Of a stretch of DNA of 64,000 nt, positions 9,401 to 16,850 are shown in pieces. The position numbers and the translations under genes were made by a program. Position 1 is the first letter of the stretch. Each line of letters starts with the position of its first letter. A model generated the notes under the pieces. The model made no database searches, had not been told where the DNA came from, and saw only the letters and a list, made by a program, of their open reading frames with translations. Origin of the DNA: Myxococcota bacterium (GTDB lineage: Bacteria > Myxococcota_A > UBA9042 > PHBI01 > JBMYRH01). The stretch spans positions 23,972 to 87,971 of the forward strand of contig JBMYRH010000019.1 in the NCBI GenBank assembly GCA_049602155.1, written 5' to 3'.

Positions 9401-11057
9401 GACCCATCACTGCGACAACGCCGGCAGCCTCGAGCTGTGACACCCAACGCGTCACAGGATCTGTCGGTCGAAGGGGGACGTAGGTGAGCCCCAACTTCAC
9501 CGCGGCGAGCATCGAGACGATGGCCTCGGCGCTGCGCTCAAAAAGCAGCGCGACGCGTCCACCTACCGGGGGCCGCGTGTCGCATTTCGACAAGAGCGCA
9601 TGCGCCGTGCGATTTGAGCGCACATCAAGGGCCCAATAGGTCATCCGGTCGGGCCCTGTCTGAATCGCGACGTCGTCGGGGTACTCGGTGGCGATGTGGG
9701 CGAACCGATCCGCGAGGGTCCCGCGAGCACCGGGATCAAGGTCGCGCCCTTGGGCATGCGCCAACAAGCGGCTGCGCTGAGGAGCGTCGACCAACGTCAA
9801 GGTCGTGAGGCGCGCATCAGGCGCCTCACAAGCCCGCTCAAGGAGGCTGAAGAGTGCGCGCATGAAGGACTGCACCAACCAAGGCGCAAAGCGATCTTCT
9901 CGACCGGACAACCTCAGCCGAGTGGGCGCACCAACCTCTACTTCGAGGAGCAGTTCCCAGATCGCCTGTACGGGTGGCGGCACCTCAGCGGTCACCTCAA
10001 CCCCTGCGAGCGCCAGCGGCGCAACCCTGAGGTGCGTCGCCGCGAACCCCACGTTGAGGAAGTGCTCGTCGGGGCCCAGATCGTTGTGGGCGCGCAGCGT
10101 CTCCACGATCCGCTCCCAGGGGACATGCTGATGCGCCCTGGCGGTGCGACGCGCGTCGCGTACCGCGCAGATCACCTCCGCGAAGCTCGCCTCGCCGACC
10201 TGCAAAACCATCGGGAGCGTGTTGATAAAGCACCCCAGCTGCGCAGCCGCATCTTGAGGTCGCAGACTGACCGGGTAGCCGAACGCGATGACGTCCTCGC
10301 CCGTCAGGCGGTGAATCCACGCGGCCCAGCCCGCCACGAGGACATGCAACAGGGTCGCATCGTGGACCTCGGCGAGGCGATTGAGGGCCCCCTCAAGGGC
10401 CTCGGGGAGCGCCGCGATGTGCACATTTGAGCGGTCACCGGGGCCAGCGGAGAGCGAAGAGATCGGGGTATGCGCGGAGGCCGAGCCCGCGACATCACGC
10501 CAGTATGAGAGGTCCGACGCAGTGACCTCGGCGGTCGCGTCGTCTTTCACGGTAGACAGTGGCCACTGAGGGAGCTCGCCCCCCGAGACGATGGCATCGT
10601 AGGCCTCACCGAGCTGGCCAAAGAGGACCGGGATCGCCGCGCCGTCCAGCGCGATGTGATGAACGACCGTCACGAGGAGGCCCGTGTCGGGCCCCGCCGC
10701 GAGCACCCCAGCGCGCAACAGCGGACCCTCCTCCACGTGACACGGTGCGTGATGCAGACGCGCCACAAAGGCGTCGCGTGCATCGTCGAATTCCTCTGGG
10801 TCGACGCGCTGGTTGATGAGCGGCGCGCTCATCTGCTCGTGGACACGCAGGGACAAGCCATCCGCCGTGTCATGGAAGGTGGCGCGCAAGATCTCGTGAT
10901 GGCCGATGACTGCATCGAAGGCGGCTTGCAGGGCGTCCAAATCGACGAGGCCATCCACCCGGTGCACAAAGGCCACGTTGTAGGCAGAGTTCGAGGGGTC
11001 AAGCTGCGCTTGAAGCCAGAACCTCTCGTGAATTGGCGACGCTACGACGGTCTTCAA
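6414..11057 (-). CDS. Stand-alone single-module NRPS, C-A-PCP-C(degenerate)
   Basis: C domain HHIALDG. A domain YVMFTSGSTGEPKGV, FDLS, NGYGPTE, LYRTGD and PLNANGK. PCP FVEVGGDSL. Second C-like domain with PQALVDG. No TE or R domain. Confidence 0.9.
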   Translation of the reverse strand: MKTVVASPIHERFWLQAQLDPSNSAYNVAFVHRVDGLVDLDALQAAFDAVIGHHEILRATFHDTADGLSLRVHEQMSAPLINQRVDPEEFDDARDAFVARLHHAPCHVEEGPLLRAGVLAAGPDTGLLVTVVHHIALDGAAIPVLFGQLGEAYDAIVSGGELPQWPLSTVKDDATAEVTASDLSYWRDVAGSASAHTPISSLSAGPGDRSNVHIAALPEALEGALNRLAEVHDATLLHVLVAGWAAWIHRLTGEDVIAFGYPVSLRPQDAAAQLGCFINTLPMVLQVGEASFAEVICAVRDARRTARAHQHVPWERIVETLRAHNDLGPDEHFLNVGFAATHLRVAPLALAGVEVTAEVPPPVQAIWELLLEVEVGAPTRLRLSGREDRFAPWLVQSFMRALFSLLERACEAPDARLTTLTLVDAPQRSRLLAHAQGRDLDPGARGTLADRFAHIATEYPDDVAIQTGPDRMTYWALDVRSNRTAHALLSKCDTRPPVGGRVALLFERSAEAIVSMLAAVKLGLTYVPLRPTDPVTRWVSQLEAAGVVAVMGHNHLLEQLPETVTLPRFSLDVPGCLSGQPDGPVSSDADPETGAYVMFTSGSTGEPKGVVVPHRAVMRLACGGGPHTLSSEDVVVHGASLAFDLSTWEIWGGLLMGARLVVLSRVEMLDALRLSEEIAAHQVTALGLATPLFHAHVDAQPESFTTLKLLLIGGDVLDPGAASIVLGQSEGRPERFLNGYGPTENTVFSTIARVQPDRPGHAVPIGRPIAGSTCYVLDPDGALLPEGFPGELWVGGAGLALGYDDLAEETQARFVMAPKALGASAGRLYRTGDRARWRTDGQLDFLGRVDQQLKIRGQRLEPSEVSAAVMRHEDVRQAAAVSTHSEPPQLVLAYTLGPRSRLNDVQLLEHLALHLPPHAIPTRRVRMGALPLNANGKLDVAAILAIAPEPVLRERTHAPPETDTERRLLAIWSGLLAHDALGVLDRFVEVGGDSLRAVRMVAQLRDTMGGTLSVADIYRLGTIRAIAAALDEAHKSPDNAVSIEPTVPAVARPARVPLGQAQMGHWHLLRRGMNYTSPCVLHLQGRIDAEVFLEAWDDVLARHELPWMQFDMSAPVMRRADIRMCNVTRMDLRRLAPDAAEYQVLSRVRRTVNEPFRNRSPMLTALLAQTDHMSWYFAFVAPQALVDGHTTQLLVRELHDTYMARLDGALFSPPEPMALADYMAWERERITETSIEASVAYYRETQDGDASWTVPTRLLQDTVHGETAHLSASATESLEGTARELGISLEAALTYCVFLTLHGVHRAPLMRCLSAYHNRDEAAFKGLPLVMAGAMYQQSQLDRDQRLLEGLSEFAERYASASDHARLPATVLLGISRQLFMRGTVRPYALSRLVGALWSMKSATPRVELTHRVDLVINSARYALERRVTRWFRRARTRTAGCVISITTPLSAFAPLGSSRLPIRALRTPVNVPEAIPGDPLMDLHRDSDGIKGLFQARYSPAAVQAVAKAYEAMVEQIATSPGATLGELVDGIAPFADAFERAKPSE

Positions 11058-11086
11058 CGCGCTCCGGGGGCCTCGAACTCTGCTAT

Positions 11087-11119
11087 CAAATAGGCGCCGG
11101 GAAGGGAACCCGGTGCGCC
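11087..11119 (-). terminator. Possible weak intrinsic terminator between the Cys-rich gene and the NRPS
   Basis: GC-rich hairpin GGCG-CCGGG/CCCGG-(TG)-CGCC followed by TATTTG on the minus strand. Confidence 0.3.
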
Positions 11120-11158
11120 GATCTTCATCGCCTCACGCTGTCACGACCAAGCGCCGTC

Positions 11159-13672
11159 CTAGGGCTGGCCGCCGTAACACTCCGCTGAATTCTCGGCGCA
11201 CATCTCGTCAGTGCACGTCTGGCACTCAGGGCCGCCTCCCATGCACTCGCTCAGGCAGAACTCCATGCTGCACGTGATCAAGTCCCCCATGCAATACGCG
11301 CACTCCTCGCTGAGGCCATTGGTGAAGAGGCAGTCTCCGACGCAGGTCGGCTGATCTTCCGCCGCGAAGCACTGCTGCCCACAAGTGGAATTCATCCAGG
11401 GCTGACTCTGCATCAGAGCGCTGTCGGCCTGCCCCATACACAGCCCCTCGTTATCCCCACCCGGGTCGCCCGGGCCGCCGGGGCCACCGGGGCCGCCGGG
11501 GCCGCCAGGGCCACCAGTGCCGCCCCCTTGTTCGCCGTAACAGGCTGCCATCTCCTCGGCGCACTCGGTCTCGGCGCACTCACCACACGCGTCAGGGTCG
11601 GACGAGTTCGAGCAGGCGTCATTGCACTCGGTGAGCGTGCACCCGAGCATCCAAGACACACAGCCTGAGCACCCATCGGAGAGCCCAAGGTCCATGAAAC
11701 ACTGGGTCAAGCACGCCTCAGCTGTGTTCGGATCCACCATGCATGACCCCATGCAGGTCTCGACGAGGGTCGGGTTCGCCTCCATGATCCCCTGGTCACC
11801 CGCGCCCCCACACATGGCGCCCGCCCCGGGGCCATCATCGCCCTGGAAGCACGCAGCCTGCTCGGAGCCACACTCTTCTTGGACACAGGCCTCACACGCT
11901 TCACCCGTGGTGTCATTGTTGCACGTCTCCCCGCAGGCGAGGGTTGCGCACGCGGTCAGCACCCCGAGGCAGTCCGAACATGAGGGCGAAAAGCCCGCCT
12001 GCTGCAGACACGTGGTCAGGCAGCCGGCTTGATCAGGCGAGTCGACACAGGCCGCCTCGCAGACCCCCTTCGGGTCCGTGTCGCTCGTCAGCAGCGCGCC
12101 GTCCTGCTCGTTCACACACGCAGGGCCCTCACCCGGCCCCGGCATCCCGGGGCCACCATCATCGCCAAAGCAGTCTTGCGATTGATCTCCGCAGGCGGTC
12201 TTTGTGCAGGTGTAGCAAGCCGCACCGCCGTCCTGCGCTTGCGCTTGGGGGTTACACGAGGCGCCGCACTGCTCCATCGTGCAGACAGCGAGCACCGCCA
12301 TGCAGCCAGAGCAGTCCTCAGAGAGACCCGCGTCGGCCAAACACTGTGCGGCACACCCGAGCGGATCTGCGTCGTTCGCGCAGGTCCCAGTGCACGTCCC
12401 GATGGTCTCTTGGAGGGTCTCGATCAGGGGACCATCCTCGGGGTTCATGCACGCCGCAGGACTCTCTGGGCAGATCGGACAGTCCTCGGCGAAGCAGCTG
12501 TCGCGCTCGACGGCGCAGCTGTCATTGACGCACTGAGCACAGGTCGGATCGTCCGAGTCCACCGTGCACCCCGGTGCACAGTTCGCCTCCACGCAGCCCT
12601 GCAGGGGCGCCAAGCAGCCCGCGCACTCTCCCGAGATACCAGCGGTCGTCAGGCAGTCACTGAGGCACGAGGCGTCGGCGTCATCAGCGGCGCAATGCAT
12701 CACGCAGTCGCTGAACGGGGCGGCATCCGAGGTGAGGGTCGCGGTGTCGTCACCGCCGTCGCACAAGCCAGCATCTCCGGGCGTCAGCACCTCATCCTCC
12801 CAGAGGTCTAAGCCGCTGCAGCCCTGGAACGCTGGGTCGCAATTGGCGACGACACATGTGGTGCACTCGACCGTGTCGAATGTCGCGGCGCTACAGACAT
12901 CCGGGCAGCTCGCGACGGCGCAGGTGCCGAAGTCCGCAAAGCAACCACTGCAGTCGTTCGTCAGCCCCTCTTCAGAGGCACAGGTCCCGAAGCACTCACC
13001 GGCGTCATCCGCATCAAAGCAGGCGGACAGGCAGCCCGACATATCGTCGACCGCTCCAGCCTCGATCGCCTGTTGATCCGCTGGGTTGATGCACAAGAGC
13101 GCGGGCGGTGGGGCTTGATCGACCCCCATGCAGGTCTGAAGCCCATCTGAGCACGCGTTGGCGGCGCATTCGTTGCAGGCCTCGATATCGGTGGGGCAGA
13201 AGCTCGAGCAGTTGAACATCACGCACTCGGCCATCTCACCAAAGCAACCAGCGCATTCGATGCCGAGCGTGGTGGCGGCCTCGACGCACTCAGCGACGCA
13301 GACTGCGAGATCGGTCGCCCCTGACATCATGCATTCGGCCGTGCACTGACCCATCAGCTCCTCGATGTTCATGCTGGCGACGGAGTCAGCCTCTTCCGGA
13401 GTGCACTGTCCGGAGGGGGTCGTCGGTCCGGCGTCCTCTTCATCGGGGTCGACGGGATCGCCCGTGGTGTCCTCCATCGCTGTCGTCCCGTCCGCGACGC
13501 TTTCGCCGTCGGTGGTGCCGGCCGCAGCAGACGAATCGCTCTGGTCATCGACCGCGACGCTGGCATCGTCATTGATCTCTGGACCGCTCGTGTCATCACC
13601 GCTGCACGCGGCAGCCGTCATGATCAAGGTCGCACAGAGCACGAGAGAAGAGAGTCGAAGTGAAACACGCAT
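11159..13672 (-). CDS. Acidic Cys-rich lipoprotein with 7 tandem ~95-aa 14-Cys domains
   Basis: Lipobox-like AAAC-SG and D/T/S-rich linker. Seven repeats of C..D....CxxxC...CxxxC...GLSxxCxxC...CxxxxCxxxC...CxxC....C......C. (GGP)n linker. Confidence 0.8.
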   Translation of the reverse strand: MRVSLRLSSLVLCATLIMTAAACSGDDTSGPEINDDASVAVDDQSDSSAAAGTTDGESVADGTTAMEDTTGDPVDPDEEDAGPTTPSGQCTPEEADSVASMNIEELMGQCTAECMMSGATDLAVCVAECVEAATTLGIECAGCFGEMAECVMFNCSSFCPTDIEACNECAANACSDGLQTCMGVDQAPPPALLCINPADQQAIEAGAVDDMSGCLSACFDADDAGECFGTCASEEGLTNDCSGCFADFGTCAVASCPDVCSAATFDTVECTTCVVANCDPAFQGCSGLDLWEDEVLTPGDAGLCDGGDDTATLTSDAAPFSDCVMHCAADDADASCLSDCLTTAGISGECAGCLAPLQGCVEANCAPGCTVDSDDPTCAQCVNDSCAVERDSCFAEDCPICPESPAACMNPEDGPLIETLQETIGTCTGTCANDADPLGCAAQCLADAGLSEDCSGCMAVLAVCTMEQCGASCNPQAQAQDGGAACYTCTKTACGDQSQDCFGDDGGPGMPGPGEGPACVNEQDGALLTSDTDPKGVCEAACVDSPDQAGCLTTCLQQAGFSPSCSDCLGVLTACATLACGETCNNDTTGEACEACVQEECGSEQAACFQGDDGPGAGAMCGGAGDQGIMEANPTLVETCMGSCMVDPNTAEACLTQCFMDLGLSDGCSGCVSWMLGCTLTECNDACSNSSDPDACGECAETECAEEMAACYGEQGGGTGGPGGPGGPGGPGGPGDPGGDNEGLCMGQADSALMQSQPWMNSTCGQQCFAAEDQPTCVGDCLFTNGLSEECAYCMGDLITCSMEFCLSECMGGGPECQTCTDEMCAENSAECYGGQP
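11460..11516 (-). repeat. 9-bp tandem repeat encoding GGPGGPGGPGGPGGPGDPGG
   Basis: Repeated ccggggccr units inside the CDS. Confidence 0.7.
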
Positions 13673-13895
13673 GATGCGATCCTCAATGCCGTTGCTGATC
13701 GTCGTTCACCGGGTATCCTCCGATCCCCCGTCACGACAATGCGTTCAATGAACGAGCGACCGACCGCTTGGCCGAGCAACTCATCGTTCCGCACTATCTT
13801 GCGGACTGACCTGCTCGGGCGCAAATTGCGGGGGATGCGGTCGATAAAGGAGCCCGAACCCGTCGAAGTATGGCGCTCAAGGGACCTCGTCGCGT

Positions 13896-15152
13896 ATGAT
13901 TCCCCCCACAACGGGGGCGGGTCTCGACCCGAAGCAGCTAAAAGGAAGCGTCTTGGCCAATCTGGGCTACTTACAGGTGGTGCGTCACTGCAACCACTTC
14001 TGTGGATTCTGCTCGAACCCGTCGACGCCGTACGCCCACACCTTCGAGACCATGAAGGTCCTGGTCGATGACTTCGTCGAGCGAGGCTACTTCGGCGTGA
14101 TCCTGACAGGCGGTGAGCCGACGCTGCACGAAGAGCTGCCCGTCATCGCGCGGTATGCGCGTGACCAAGGCCTCCACGTCCGGATGATCACCAACGGGCA
14201 CAAGCTCGCCGATCCACGCTTCGCCAAAGACTTAGCCGAAGCGGGCCTGCAGCATGTCCACGTGTCGATCTACTCCGTGCGCGAGGACGTCGAGGAGTCC
14301 TTGCGCGGCATCCCCAACACCCTGGGGCGGGCCTTCCAGGCGCTGCACAACGCCAACGAGAACGGGATCGACATCAACATCAACTGCGTGATCAACAAGC
14401 AGAACGCAGACCACCTCGATGAGAACATCGAGTATTTCATCGAGCATCACCCCTACATCCGTCACTTCGTCTGGAACAACCTCGACCCCTCGATGGGCCG
14501 CGCCGAGACGAATATGGACGGCTATATGCACCGCCTCGCCGACTGCGAGACCTCACTGAACCGCGCACTTCGCTTGCTCCATAACTCGGGGCGCACCTTC
14601 CGCGTGGAGAAGATGCCGCTGTGCTACCTCACCGAGTTCGCCTGGGCCTCGACCGAGACGCGTAAGATCGTCAAAGGCGAGGAGCGCATCGTGCACTTCC
14701 TCGACTCCAAGCAGACCGTGCGTCAGACCCAGTGGGGGCATATGTACGCCGAGGGCTGTGACGTCTGCTCACTCCGCACCATCTGCGGCGGCATGTTCGA
14801 TCGCGGCGATGGCTACGATCCAGCCGAGCTCTACCCGGTCTTCGTGGATCGTGATCGCATCGTGAGTCAGATCATCCATGACGGCACAGATCCGAGCTAC
14901 GCGAACCGCAGCCTCGCTGACTGGCGAGAGGAATTCGAAGCGCGCCTCCGAGAGGCACCGACGGGCCCCCCCGAAGAGGGCTACGAGGACGGTGGACCCG
15001 AGGGGCCGGAGATCGGCTTTGTCGACGAGTCATCGATGCGGCTCTTTGAAAAGAAGCGGAAGGTAGAGTCCAAAATGGCGGTTAAGAAAGGCGTCACGAT
15101 GGAAAAAACAGACGTGGCCTTGGGCGACAAGCAGTCGCAAAAGGCCTGGTAG
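13896..15152 (+). CDS. Radical SAM protein with C-terminal auxiliary Cys motif
   Basis: CNHFCGFC, LTGGEPT and ITNG motifs, then PLC...CDVCSLRTICGG. Confidence 0.9.
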   Translation: MIPPTTGAGLDPKQLKGSVLANLGYLQVVRHCNHFCGFCSNPSTPYAHTFETMKVLVDDFVERGYFGVILTGGEPTLHEELPVIARYARDQGLHVRMITNGHKLADPRFAKDLAEAGLQHVHVSIYSVREDVEESLRGIPNTLGRAFQALHNANENGIDININCVINKQNADHLDENIEYFIEHHPYIRHFVWNNLDPSMGRAETNMDGYMHRLADCETSLNRALRLLHNSGRTFRVEKMPLCYLTEFAWASTETRKIVKGEERIVHFLDSKQTVRQTQWGHMYAEGCDVCSLRTICGGMFDRGDGYDPAELYPVFVDRDRIVSQIIHDGTDPSYANRSLADWREEFEARLREAPTGPPEEGYEDGGPEGPEIGFVDESSMRLFEKKRKVESKMAVKKGVTMEKTDVALGDKQSQKAW

Positions 15153-15158
15153 GTCGGG

Positions 15159-16850
15159 ATGACGGATAAGACCGGTCACAGCGAAAAGCATCTCCGCGAG
15201 GCGCGGGAGCTGACCGTCTTTGGGGGCGGCGAGCAGCAGCATCAAATTGAGCTGCAGCTGGGGCACGTCTGCAATAACCGCTGCGTCTTCTGCGTCTCCG
15301 GGCAGCTCACCGAGCAGCGCGTCGCCAAGCAGATCCCCGCGGACCCCGTCCTCGGCGCCCTGCGCAAAGGGCGAGAGGACGGCTGCCGTCGCGTCACCTT
15401 CTTAGGGGGGGAGCCCACCACTCAGCGCAGCTTCATGCCAGCCCTGCGTCTGTCGGTCGAGCTCGGCTACGAAGAGATCGTCATCTTCACCAACGGTATC
15501 CGCACGAGGAAGCCTGAGTTCATCCAAAAGATCGTCGACTTGGGCGGCAACTATGAGTGGCGCTTCTCCGTCCAAGGTGGCACCCGAGAGGCCCATGACG
15601 CCGTGACCAAGCGCCCGGGCTCCTACGACCGCATCGTCGCGGGGATGCGCACCTGCGCGGACATGGGCGAGGACGTCACGATCAACATGTGCATCAACCG
15701 GTACAGCTATGAGTCGGTGCCGCACTTCCCGGAGCTCTGCAAGGAGTACAACGTCCGACAGCTGCACATCGATCAGGTGCGCCCCTCGGACGCCGGCACC
15801 CGGGACATGGACTACTTCCTAGATATCATGCCGCGCTACTCGGAGATGGCCCCGTACTTCGCCGAGATGCTCGAGGGGTTCCACGCGATGGACCCGAACT
15901 TCGACGTCAACCTCGGCAACTACCCGTACTGCCAGCTCCCCGAGTGGGCGCAACATATCCACCATGACGGGCAGAAGACCTACACCTACCCAGCCAATAC
16001 CGATGGGCTGCTGCCGGCCTTCGACAAGTACCCTGTGAAGCGGGCCGACAAGTACCACCCGCCGCAGTGCGGTCAGTGCGTCTTCGTGAAGGACTGCAAT
16101 GGGGTCTTTGAGACCTACGCTGAGATGTACGGCGTCGACGAGTTCGTCCCGGTCACCCGCGAGAAGCTGATGACCATCGACCGCGACATGAACTTCTTCG
16201 TGCAGCTCGTCGAGCCTTACCTAGCCGGCGTGCTCTCCTCCCCGTGTCCCGAGCCCTGGAGCGCCGTCGAGCGCTTCTCAAACACGCGCGATCGCCTCCT
16301 TGAGCTCCGCTATGCCGACGGAGAGGGGCGCGCTGCGACGCTGATCTTCACGCCCCCTGAGGGCGTCGGGAAGCCCGTGAGTGTGCATCGCCCCTTGCTT
16401 GAGACCGAGCGCTACCGCATGTCATTGCTCGCGGACAGCAACGCGGACATGCGGCTCATCACCCAGCTCGTCCGGTGGGCTGACACGATGCTCGCCCGAG
16501 AGGACGTCGAGGTCACCCGCCCCGTCGACTACAAGCGGCTCGCAGCGGGCTTCTTCCCTCCCGCTCGTTTGGAGAAGGGCCGCTCACGCATCCAACGATT
16601 GGCGGGCGCCGTCGCGAGCCAACGCACCTTCGGGGAGTGGTCTTGGGTCGGCACGCAGCCCCTCGACGTCGGCCTCGGAGCTGTCCTCCGGGTCGCACAC
16701 CCCGAGGGGGGCACCGTCGACCTCGTCCTCGAGCTTCAACCCGAGGCGGATCGACCGCTCGTGGGGGTCAGCTACCGGATCGACGACGATGTGTCGGCCG
16801 AAGAGGCGCGCCCTGTGGTCAGCGAGTTGATGCAGGCGCTCCGGCGTTGA
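15159..16850 (+). CDS. Radical SAM protein with auxiliary Cys motif and ~220-aa C-terminal extension
   Basis: CNNRCVFC, FLGGEPT and FTNG motifs, then PYC...CGQCVFVKDCNG. Starts 6 bp after the upstream stop. Confidence 0.9.
   Translation: MTDKTGHSEKHLREARELTVFGGGEQQHQIELQLGHVCNNRCVFCVSGQLTEQRVAKQIPADPVLGALRKGREDGCRRVTFLGGEPTTQRSFMPALRLSVELGYEEIVIFTNGIRTRKPEFIQKIVDLGGNYEWRFSVQGGTREAHDAVTKRPGSYDRIVAGMRTCADMGEDVTINMCINRYSYESVPHFPELCKEYNVRQLHIDQVRPSDAGTRDMDYFLDIMPRYSEMAPYFAEMLEGFHAMDPNFDVNLGNYPYCQLPEWAQHIHHDGQKTYTYPANTDGLLPAFDKYPVKRADKYHPPQCGQCVFVKDCNGVFETYAEMYGVDEFVPVTREKLMTIDRDMNFFVQLVEPYLAGVLSSPCPEPWSAVERFSNTRDRLLELRYADGEGRAATLIFTPPEGVGKPVSVHRPLLETERYRMSLLADSNADMRLITQLVRWADTMLAREDVEVTRPVDYKRLAAGFFPPARLEKGRSRIQRLAGAVASQRTFGEWSWVGTQPLDVGLGAVLRVAHPEGGTVDLVLELQPEADRPLVGVSYRIDDDVSAEEARPVVSELMQALRR

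Noticed and set aside
11093-11119. AAGGGAACCCGGTG resembles the start of a cobalamin riboswitch
   Set aside because: It lacks the following AAxTCC and B12-box elements, is on the wrong strand for the flanking genes, and the space is too short. A simple hairpin explains it.
11159-13672. Possible multiheme cytochrome or ranthipeptide-type rSAM substrate
   Set aside because: There are no CxxCH motifs. The protein is exported and its even Cys counts fit disulfides better than cytoplasmic rSAM modification.
13673-13895. Search for a RiPP precursor upstream of the radical SAM operon (ORFs 13624..13911 and 13739..14071)
   Set aside because: These ORFs overlap real genes, lack a convincing RBS and show no leader/core pattern.
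16637-16846. Extra 70 N-terminal residues of the carbamoyltransferase ORF in the track
   Set aside because: They overlap the upstream rSAM CDS with off-frame Arg/Pro-rich composition. The TTG at 16847 is the more plausible start.
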